64,000 bases of DNA from positions 10,381,867 to 10,445,866 of the forward strand of contig NC_083438.1 of the NCBI RefSeq assembly GCF_020745735.1, in the 5' to 3' direction. Every line of letters begins with the position of its first letter. Positions within the stretch are counted from its first letter, which is position 1. Shown here in pieces: positions 52,851 to 62,689 of the stretch. Under the pieces are notes generated by a model. It worked only from the letters and a program-made list of their open reading frames with translations, ran no database searches and was not told the DNA's origin. The position numbers and the translations under genes are program-made. The DNA comes from Hemiscyllium ocellatum (taxonomy: Eukaryota).

Positions 52851-53327
52851 TATCAAACTAATGTAACTCTTGTGCAGTGCACAGTAGAGCAGTTGAAGGC
52901 ACATAATGATTAATCACTTTAAGGTCAAAACAAAATTAGTTCAATGGATAAATATTGCCACATTATAATTTTATATTATAGTAAGTTTAGTTTCAATTAC
53001 AAATCTGATCAATTCTGCACTTTTAGATTTTAGTCCCAAATTTTATTTTGAATGAGACTACTCAAAACAAACTTCTACTTAGTTTACAATTAGAACTGAG
53101 ATTTTTTTTAAAAGTCAATGCACTAAAAAGGATTTTTTTTCATTTCTCACACTTCCGTGTTTCTGCCTTAATTTGATTTTCAGACAGTTACAAACAGATG
53201 TAATGTTTTCAGTCAAACAGAAAATTATTGCCGTACAAGTTTAACAAATTCGGAAATGATTCAGGAAAAACAAAGAACTTCACAAATATTGGTAATTGAA
53301 ATGCAGATCAATTCCACAAACTGAATA

Positions 53328-53600
53328 AGAATCCAAGTAACTCAGTCTAACAGAATCAAGGAAAATAAATTCAAAATCCAATCCACTCAAAACAACAGAT
53401 TGAAATGAAAGATAATCAGAATCCAATCAATTCAATTCAACAGAATGAAATAAAATAATTTCAAAAGCCAATCAGCGCAATTCAACAAAACCAACTAAAA
53501 ACAAAGTCAGAAACAATCAATTCAGTTCAACCGTATCTTCTAAAACAAAGCCAGAATCCAAACAACTCAATTGAACAGGATCAAATAAAACAATCAACAG
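53328..53600. repeat. Degenerate ~45-bp A-rich tandem array (~6 units) in the J-proximal intron
   Basis: Units such as agaatccaatcaattcaattcaacagaatgaaataaaataatttc and aaaatccaatccactcaaaacaacagattgaaatgaaagataatc. Confidence 0.8.
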
Positions 53601-54130
53601 AATGAAATATAGCACAGCAAGAAAATATTATAACAATTTTTAACCTGCATGTCATCAAACAAATTAACAAAATAAATGACAAAATACAATTATGGTAAGC
53701 ACATTATGTATACAGGAATATACTCAAGAAATCAATAATGATATTTTCGCATATTTTAACCATGTTTGCTAATATTTTGAATATCTTTAAATGCTTAGCA
53801 TTTGTTGTCGATAATAAGGCTCACAATCAGGGTGTCACTGACATTAAACATCATTTATACCTTCCTGATTAAAATACTTTAGGTGCTTCAAGTAACCCAG
53901 CCACACAGAATGTCCATCTGATCAAAAAAAGAGATACACTGAGCATCTGACTCCATCAACACCATTTTAACTATTTGCTGAGCCTTAATCGAAGCCTATA
54001 ATCAGCTTGAACAAAAATCAATCTGAACCAAATCAAACTCAGCTCAGAATCCGAGTTTCACTTAATTCAGGAATTATTCACATGAATAGAACGTTAACAG
54101 TAAAAGTTACTCAGAAAGTTCAAGGGTCTT

Positions 54131-54250
54131 GCATTGAATAAGCATATGGAGGTTATAGCGCTAGTGTAGGTTAGGTAGGCTTTGGTCGGCGCAACATCGA
54201 GGGCCGAAGGGCCTGTGCTGCGCTGTATTTTTCTATGTTCTATGTTCTAT
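54131..54250 (+). mobile_element. 5'-truncated young CR1 3' tail inserted next to the JH splice donor
   Basis: Nearly identical to the reverse complement of 25987-26115 and ends in (tctatgt)n. gtctt flanks both sides (54126-54130, 54251-54255). Confidence 0.85.
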
Positions 54251-54257
54251 GTCTTAC

Positions 54258-54611
54258 CTGAAGTCACTGTCACCATGGTCCCTTGGCCCCAGTAATCAAG
54301 ATAGTACCCACTTGCACAGTAATAGATGGCAGTGTCTTCGATCTTCAGGTTATTCATGTCCAGCGCGAAAATGTTGTTTAAAGTGTCTTTGGACACAGTA
54401 AAGCGACCCTTAATCGTTGGAGCATAGTCATTGCTGAATGAATCATAGTACCAAAGCAGCCACTCCAGACCCTGTCCGGGAACCTGTCGGACCCAGCTCA
54501 TGCTGTAGCTGCTAAGATCGAAGCCGCTGGTTTTACAGATCAGTTTCAGACTGCCTGCGGGATAGCCAGTCTCTGTCTCTGGCTGAGTCAAAACAATCTC
54601 CGACTGGACAC
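54258..54611 (-). CDS. IGHV: Pre-joined VDJ exon (L2 + VH + D + JH), 354 nt, in frame
   Basis: [117 protein letters not shown]. Both V cysteines, the WVRQ tryptophan and the JH WGxG motif are present. Donor TCAG|GTAAGA at 54258/54257. There is no heptamer or nonamer between V and J. Confidence 0.97.
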
Positions 54612-54739
54612 CTTTAAAAAAGAAAACAAATAAACCATGAGCATGAATGCTCATGAAATGATGGCTGAGTCTTTTACATTCCTGCGGTAGACTAACATTG
54701 AGACAATAACAAAGAGAGACTTGAACAAAAAACACTCAC

Positions 54740-54788
54740 ATGATAAGAAAGTCAGTAACAAACTGAGAAAAGTTGCCGACACAATCAT
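54740..54788 (-). CDS. IGHV: IgH leader exon (L1), MIVSATFLSLLLTFLS + phase-1 split codon
   Basis: ATG at 54788, hydrophobic signal peptide, donor TCAT|GTGAGT. A 128-nt intron leads to the acceptor TTTAAAG|GT, which completes C-V-Q-S. Not called in the ORF track. Confidence 0.92.
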
Positions 54789-54873
54789 TCTGATAAATTG
54801 TGGGAAACGGTTCTTTCAAGATTTTTCTAAACAAGCCGATCCCGGAGTATTGAATTACGGTCCAGTGCCCAGG

Positions 54874-54880
54874 ATTTATA
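54874..54880 (-). promoter_or_regulatory. TATA box (TATAAAT) of the IgH promoter
   Basis: Plus-strand atttata is TATAAAT on the minus strand, ~85 bp upstream of the leader ATG. ETS-like GGAA cores (CAGGAAAC, GGCGGAAG) lie just upstream. Confidence 0.7.
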
Positions 54881-57063
54881 TGGCCATCGGAAGGGGCAGG
54901 CTCACAGCTTCCGCCTGTTGGTTTCCTGCTGGAGGCTGAGACTGGATCCTGATATCAGCTCACACAGCCCGAACACAGGGGCTCATGTCTTTACATGAGG
55001 TTCTGTTTAAACATGGGCATATACACATCTTGGGATATTTGTTTTGCTGAATAGCTTCTTTGGAAGTTTTTTTTTTAAATGGTGGAAGTAAAATTGAGTA
55101 GCTTCAGGTCTGTTTCACATGATCGTTGCAAGTATTTTGTTTAAAAAAACAAATTCAATCGGATGTTAGCTCCCTTTATTTCTATGTTCATTTACAAGCG
55201 GGTAAAACTAACATCAAAGTTCAAACATATGACCAGATGGTAAAACAATTCAGCTTTTTTTCCCCCTGGACACTGCAAGTCTCTGTCCCACTACAAAATA
55301 ACATGTAATTCATACTAAACATTTCGAAATTCAATTTAGACAACTGAATACAGAGCGTGTCCAAAGTGATTATATTTAGAATATTCAATTAGACGTGAAC
55401 TCCCTTTAATCCTACATTCAACCACAAGCAGATAAAGCTAAAATGAATTTCAATAATATTATTAGCCAACAAAATGAGTGACTTTATTTTTGCTGTCACT
55501 CAAAGTCTCTCCCACATTTCAAAATAACATACCATTTCTAATCTGCGTTTCTAAATTCAATTTAGCCAACCTAATATGGAGCATGTCTAAAGTGATTATG
55601 TTCAGAATGTGAGTGTGTATCACTAAACAGTTTGGACCCAGAGATTAGAAGCACCTCCTTACATTGCAGAATGTCTCTCCCTACATCTTTTTTGTCAAAT
55701 TGCCCCGGGACCCTAAAATACATAGTAAAGGAAAGCTGTGTGCCTGAGAAACAAACAGTGAGTTGGCAGTGATACATAACACCTCGGTAAACTTTTGAAA
55801 GAGCATCTAATGAACTAGAACAGGACAGTCCATAAGTTTTTTTTTAGTCCTCAACATCTAAAGCATTGCAGGTAACTGTCTGGGTACACCAGGAGCGTTT
55901 GGTTAAATAAGAGTATTACAATAATCATTGCCAATGATGTAGTTGATAAACAGTGCATTTCTCTGCTCACTGATAGCTCTGACAAGGGGGTTAACTCATA
56001 AAAGTCAGCAAAGATTCGCGGTTACACTACCCCAGTATTAACCATGTAAAAAGGGCCCACTCAGTTTTAATGAGATGAATGAATCAGAGAATGGTGCAAC
56101 AAGTGATGTGAGTTTGAACCAATTCAAGTTTATTAATTTACTTTGAGATGATAACAAATGTTACTGCAATGTGGGATTTTGGATCCATTAACTTCATTTT
56201 CAGGAGCTTTAAAGATACTCATAAACAGGCTGATCTAACCAGAACGTCATTGCATTCAATGTCCTGTTTTCTGATAGTCAAACAGTGAATGCTGTATTCA
56301 GTGACTTTCCTTTTTAAAGAAGAAATGTCAAGTGAAATGTATTCATTATGAGTAAATGGGAAAATATAGTTTGTTTGGTAGGACTTTAATATAGTTGATT
56401 CATTTTCCCTTTAATCGGCCAGATGCAATAGTTGGCAACAATTAAGCTGACTGCAGAAAAGGTCCTTGAGTTTCCAATTTCATTTACTGGAAGCAGGTGG
56501 AGTTTCTGCAGTGGATCAAAGATATTTTGTCTCATTGTTGACCAGTGGGTGGAAAGCCAACTGCAAACCATAACCACCGCCTCCGCAGAAACAAATCTAC
56601 TCAGCAACAATGCTGGAGAAAAGTTTATTTTCAGTTGTGTAACCTAGAGAACTAGTCCCTCCTTTTTTGCAGAGTCTCAGACACAACCTAAACATCAACA
56701 GTTCATTCAAGGATCACTACAGCACTGCTTACTATTGAGAAAAATTTGTAAATAGTCATAGAGTCATGGAGTGATACAGCATGGAAACAGACACTTCGGT
56801 CCAACCAGTCCATGCCAGTCATAATCCGAAACTAAACTAATCCCACTTGTGTGTACTTGGTCCATATCCTTCCAAACATGTGATATTCATTTACTTATCC
56901 AAATATCTTCTAAAGGTTGTTAGTATCCACCACCAAATCATTCCAACAACAAACCATTCTCTGTGTAAAACGTTGTCTCTGATATCTTTCTTAAAAATTT
57001 TTCTCCTCTCATTGTAAAAACATATTCTCTATTGTTGAAATCCCTCACCATATGGCAAATACA

Positions 57064-59179
57064 TCAATGTCTTAGTCAAAAATTGAAAACAATCCCAGCT
57101 CCAAACATTTACAAAATGTTTGATTCCAAAAAAGATTGCCCCCTTTGATCAATGATTTCTGAAATTTACTCACACATCTGTTGTGATGGACGTTTTGAAA
57201 TAACTTCTGAAATGCAAATGGTTCACATCAATCGGATTAAAGTAACATTTCGTGCGCTACCCCACACAAAAACAACAAGCAAGTTCGTTGACACGAATTG
57301 CTCTGAGGAAGTCTATGATGGATTCTTTTATCAAACAATGACATTTCCAATGTTGTGAGGGCTCGTCTACCTTCTGTGCAATGGTCTGAATTTTAAGTTG
57401 TGTCTGACTGCAGATGAAACTGGCTGCTCTGGGTAAAAGTACAGTTTGTGCCTTTCACATTGTTAATGTATATTGCTGAGTTTAGTTGAATAAAGTGATG
57501 TTGTCCCAGGCATTGTCTGGCACCATTAATTAGACCATTAATTTCCACAATACTAGCCAGACTATCAGGTGGAGTTTGTTGACATGTGATTTTTTTTTTA
57601 ACGAAAGCTTCGTACATTCCCAGTATGAATCATGTACATTAGAGCCATTCACCTTTCCACTCATGGCTTTATAAACTTATATGAGGTCACCCCGCCCCGA
57701 ACTCTCATCCTCCAGTTAAAAAGGTTCCAGACTATCTGGATTTCCAACGGTGGTTCTGTTCCCTCACATTCTGCTGTTAAAGATCCTCCTGCCACCCCAG
57801 GTCCACAGACAGTGTCCCTTGATATTAGTTCAAAGAAATGAAAGCAAGTTGTCCCATCATATTGTTCAATTTTAGTTGGCTTCAAATACCATCAAAAATA
57901 AATGTTCATGTCATTGCTGATTTATGAGAGAATGCCGTGTACACAGTATCTGCTGAAATACCTGCAGTACCCCCCTGAATCTGGTTCGCAGGTTCATCTG
58001 TTGCTCACAAACGCAACCAGATATCAGGGAATAGTGAACATCGCCCACTCCCACCCCTCCACCCTTCCCCTCTGTACTTTCCACTTTGTGAAATCCCGTG
58101 TTGTCAACAATCAGTTAAAAGAAAGTTTTTTTTAAACTTTCTTAATTCATGTTGCTGATCTTGGCTGAATAAAGGTATGTTGCTGTCAGCATTTCTGGGG
58201 AATATATCTGCATTTTTTTTCATGTCAGTTTACAATGATATTAAGTCAAGAATAGTCAAAATGTCCTAAGAAACAACGTTTAGAAATGGGCCTATTAGCT
58301 TCTCAGGGCTGTACCAACTGTTTGAATATTGATACAGTTCTGCCCCTACTTTTTTTCCCATAAGCCAGGATTTACAGCATTGAAGATCATATCTATGTTG
58401 ATAATGGATTAGACCCTACACAATGTTCCCGAATGTTTACTTCAAGTGCTATCACCTGCAGGGTTATGGACAACATGCTATAAAGTGGGTGTTGGCTGGA
58501 AGGCTGGGTCTTCACGTGATACAGGTGCGATGGGCGAAGTGATCTCTCTCTATCGTAAAACTTCCTACTACTCTAAATTCAACTTTCCTACTTTGTCTCG
58601 TTCAGAGGCTCTAATTCACATGATTCATACTGGAAATATTCCAAGCCTTCGGTTCAATGAGGTCAATACACTCCCCCTGATGGTCTGGCTAGTGATGTGG
58701 AAATTAATGGTCTAATTAATGGTGCCAGACGATGTCTGGGACAACATCAATTTTTTCAGCTGAAGTCAGCAATATACATTAACAATGTGAAAGGCACAAA
58801 GTGTACTTTTGCCCAGACCAGCCAGTTTCATCTGCAGTCAGACACAAAATTCAGACCATTGCACAGAAGATAGACGAACCCTCACAACATTGGAAATGAT
58901 TTTGTTTGATACAACAGTCCATCATAGACTTGCTTAGAGCAACTGGTGACAACAAAATTGCTTGATTTTTTTGTGTGGGCTGACACATGAAATGTTACTG
59001 TATTCCGACTGACGTGAACCATTTGCACTTCAAGTTATTTGAAAACGTCCATCGCAACAGATATGGGAACAAATTTTAGAAATCATTGATCAAAGGGACA
59101 TTTTTTTTTTGGAATCAAGGAAGATCCATAGTGATATTTGGTAAATGTTTGGAGCTGTGATTGCTTTAAATTTTTGACT
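57064..59179. repeat. Large inverted repeat: arms ~57064-57646 and ~58607-59179, spacer ~960 bp
   Basis: caatgtcttagtcaaaaatt / aatttttgactaagacattg; ccattaattagaccattaatttccac / gtggaaattaatggtctaattaatgg; cagtatgaatcatgt / acatgattcatactg. The arms are colinear with scattered substitutions and indels. Confidence 0.9.
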
Positions 59180-59739
59180 AAGACATTGGCATGCAATGGA
59201 CAACTTCACAATTTGCTGTAAAATGAAACTCGCAACCACTGTGAATCTGGAAGGTGATGGTTCAGAATTTAACAAGGCCCTCGCAAGGTTCGTGGAATGG
59301 ACCGATGAGTGATACATGAAATTTAACAAAGGCATTTCTGAAATGATTAATTTAGATAGGAAGAATGTAGAGACACAAATTCATATCTCTGTTTGCAGTT
59401 CAATATACTATAAATTACTTTTCTATTATATCCTAAAATACTTGTGTCTTTGTTCATATATAATACACTCTATCTTGTTCCGGGGTTAAGATAGTTTCTT
59501 TATTTATTTCACTCAAGACTTTATGCTGTATTTTTGCCTCAGTATTGACCAAACTCGGTTTGGTGCCAGCTTAAATCACTTGAGCTGCTTTTTCAGGAAG
59601 TGAATCTCTCCACCTGTTATGTCAAAATAATCTGTTCATGCTTAGATCGAAATAAATCCTATTAATATCATCCCAAATTCAGGCTCGGTTATTTTGTATT
59701 TATTCATTGGAATTGAACAAGAATATGACTGGTCTGTTC

Positions 59740-61400
59740 TTGGTGGAGTGGGAGAGAGAGTTAAGGTGTTCCACCACGGGGCCATGGGGTTGGTTGGCAT
59801 GGGTGTCCCAGAGATGTTCTCTGAAATGATCCGCAAGTTAGTGTCCTGTCTATCACATGTAGAGGAGACCACATCAGGTGGAACAGACATAGTGGATGAC
59901 ATTTGTGGAAGTTTGGATAAGTTTCTGTGGGATGTGGAAGGATCATTTGGGGCCTTGTCAGAGGTGAGGGGGGAGGTGTGGGTGCCAGGTTTTGCACTTA
60001 CTGTGTTGGCAGGGGAGGGTGACAGGGGTGGAGATTGGGCTGGTGGGGAGGGAGCATGGACCTGCTGAGGGAGTCACAGAGGGAATGGTGTCTCCGGAAT
60101 GCAGATAGGGGTAGGGAGGGAAATATACCCCAAGTGATGGGGTCTGTTTGCGGATGGTGGAAGCAGCGGAGGATGGTATGATGTATGTAAGGTTGGTGCG
60201 GTGGAAGATGAGGGCTCCCTATTGCGATTGGAGGATGGAGTTCAAGGGCATCGTCGACAACGTGGAGAGGAAACTGCAGTCTTTGAAAAAGAAGGTTATG
60301 TGGGATGTTTTATGGTGGAACTGGTCCTCCTGGGAGCTGATGCAGAGGAATTGAGAATAAGGGATGGCATTTTTTACAGGAGTTCAAAGTTTGTGAGAAG
60401 ATTTGTAGCTCAGGTGCTCGTTTTTGTGGTTCTGTTCGCCAAGCTGGGAATTTGTGTTGCAGACGTTTGGTCCCCTGTCGAGGTGACATCCTCAGTGCTT
60501 GGGAGCCTCCTGTCAAGTGCTTCTGTGATGTTTCTACCGGCATTTTTAGTGGTTTGTCTCTGCCACTTCCAGTTGTCAGTTCCAGCTGTCCACTGCAGTG
60601 GTCGGTATATTGGGTCCAGGTTGATGTGCTTATTGATTGAATCTGTGGATGAGTGCCATGCCTCTAGGAATTCCCTGGCTGTTCTCTGTTTCACTTGTCC
60701 TATAATTCTGTTATAGGACAAGCCAAACAGAGAACAGCCAGGGAATTCCTAGAGGCATGGCACTCATCCACAGATTCAATCAATAAGCACATCAACCTGG
60801 ACCCAATATACCGACCACTGCAGCGGATAGCTAGAACTGACAACCGGAAGTGGCAAATTCAATCCACTACAAATGCCGGAGGAAAGATCACAGAAGTGCT
60901 TGACAGGAGACTCCCAAGCACTGAGGATGTCACCTCGACAGGGAATGAAAAGTCTGCAACACAAATTCCCAGCTCAGCGAACAGAACCACAACAATTTTA
61001 CAGGAGTTTGGGTGGGAGGCGATGTAGCCCGGGTAGCTGTGGCAGACAGTGGGCTTTTAGTAAATGTTTAGTCGGTCACTGGAGATGGAGGTGGAGACGT
61101 TTAGGAAAGTGGGGGGGGGGGGGGGAGATGTTCGAGATGGTCCCTATGAAGTTTAGGTCAGGGTAGAATGTTTTAGTAAAGTTGATGAACTGTTCAACCT
61201 CCTCGTGGTAGCATGAGGTGGCGGTGATATAGTCATCAATGTAGCGGTGGTAATGGTTGGCAATGATACCGGTGTAGCTGTGGAAGATTGACTGTTCCAC
61301 ATATCTGATGAAGACGCAGGCATAGCTGGGGTCCATACAGGTGTCCATGGCTAACCCTTTTGAAGGAAGTGGGAGGATTGAAAAGAAATGTAGTTGAGGT
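59740..61400 (-). mobile_element. Penelope-like element (Neptune-type), decayed and interrupted by a nested PLE (~)
   Basis: ORF 61076-61348 has the RT motifs MDTCMDPSYAC.F..YVEQ and HRYIDDYI. The 3' part has the HVIDRT..SFQRTSLG remnant of the GIY-YIG region. Confidence 0.82.
60385..60995. mobile_element. Nested palindromic PLE 3'-end pair with 13-bp TSD
   Basis: TSD ttttacaggagtt at 60372-60384 and 60996-61008. Both arms encode IIGQ.KQRTAREFLEAWHSSTDSINKHINLDPIY in opposite orientations, with the turn at ~60698-60720. Degenerate hammerhead cores gca-ctgagga...gtc-tgc. Confidence 0.88.
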
Positions 61401-62689
61401 TGAGCATGTACTGATTGGGTTGGTGTGACAGGAAGAAACGGAGGGCTTCGAGGCCTACATCATGGCGTTTGGATGTGTACAGGGCCTGGGCATTCTGTTC
61501 ATTCTGGGGCTTATCAATAGCTTGCAGTTATTATGGAACTGTAAGGGCATTGGCTGAGAACTCAGAGAAACCAATGTTTCAGTCTTCTGCTTGAAGCAAA
61601 TTTTGACCAGAACATTTAAACGCCACAAAGCTCACTGTAGGAAATGCAAGTGCTGCAACTTTTAATAAGATTTGAAACTTTGTTAAAAATAGGGATTTTT
61701 AGTCATAGTTTCTGAAATAATCAAGAAAGAATTAACCATTAGAACAAGCTCTTTCAAAGAGAGAGGATTTGCAAAGTATAAAACCGTACAGTGCTGTGGT
61801 TTATTTGAATTCAATGTCGATCAGAGTTAGATACAGACAAGGTGATCTCTCCATATATCGATTCTGTTAATCGGACACACCAACATATCTGTCTGTACAA
61901 AATGGTATTATTTCTTTAGTTGACCAAAATTTAGGAAATAGATCAAACAGAATGTATTCGACTGGGAAGGTGATGGATACAGAAGAGAGAATCAAAAACT
62001 GGGAACATTAAATCTGAAGAGAGAGTAACAAGTTACAAGATCAAAGGCATGAAAAGATGCATGTCGATGCGTTCCAGATGTTCGTGAATCAAATGAGCTT
62101 GTTAGATGTTCGAGAGACTCGTCCAATGACGTCCTGGAATCAGACCGTGAAACAGAGATCGAAATGTCGATTTGCAAATGTCACTTCAATGTGATCGCTT
62201 CACACTCTGTGTCCTGATCTACGCCACATTGGCAGTTGTTTCCGCCAGATTGCATCCCCTGGGTTTATTTTCTGATCAGAAGTGAGATGTGTGGCTTGCT
62301 GCTGGCACATAGAAACAGGAAGTTGTGTGCCAGCTGAGAATGATACACCAGGTGCTACTTTCCATATTATCAGCACAAACAGTCTTCCTACCTCTGAGGG
62401 TGAACACACACTGACAGTGTCAAGAACAAACAGACAGATTGCTGTTGGTCTCAACATTGTAGTTAATTCCATTCCCATTTTCCAGAATGAAACAGAAGAG
62501 ACACAAGATTACTTCAGTTAGAGTAAATTATCTGTCAGAGAGATAAGAAGAGTTATCATTGGGTGAAAGGAGCTAAATGACAATGGGTAGTTTCACTCAT
62601 AAACCTATGTTTAAAAGCAGAAAGCTTGAGGAAAGTTGATAAGTAAATCTAAGAGACAGCATTCATTAAAAGTTGGAATTGTAAGGTTG

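Larger units (their letters stand above)
30144..54788 (-). other. IGHM: Immunoglobulin mu heavy-chain gene (shark IgM cluster) with germline-joined VDJ: L-VDJ-Cmu1-Cmu2-Cmu3-Cmu4(sec)-TM1-TM2
   Basis: Eight exons on the minus strand in the expected order with GT/AG sites. The C domains match elasmobranch C-mu motifs as I recall them (GCLAMDY...[18 protein letters not shown]; SSSEEI...CSIIDFHP; [17 protein letters not shown]; [13 protein letters not shown]...[38 protein letters not shown]). Confidence 0.95.

Noticed and set aside
54247-54735. ORF-track N-terminus [10 protein letters not shown]...FVFFFK as the real start of the V protein
   Set aside because: This is read-through of the 128-nt leader intron. 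The true leader exon is 54740-54788 with canonical splice sites.
30144-54788. IgW or IgNAR identity for the Ig locus
   Set aside because: There are four C exons whose motifs and tail ([20 protein letters not shown]) match elasmobranch mu. The V is a conventional VH with WVRQ and WGQG. No further C exons were found in the introns or downstream.
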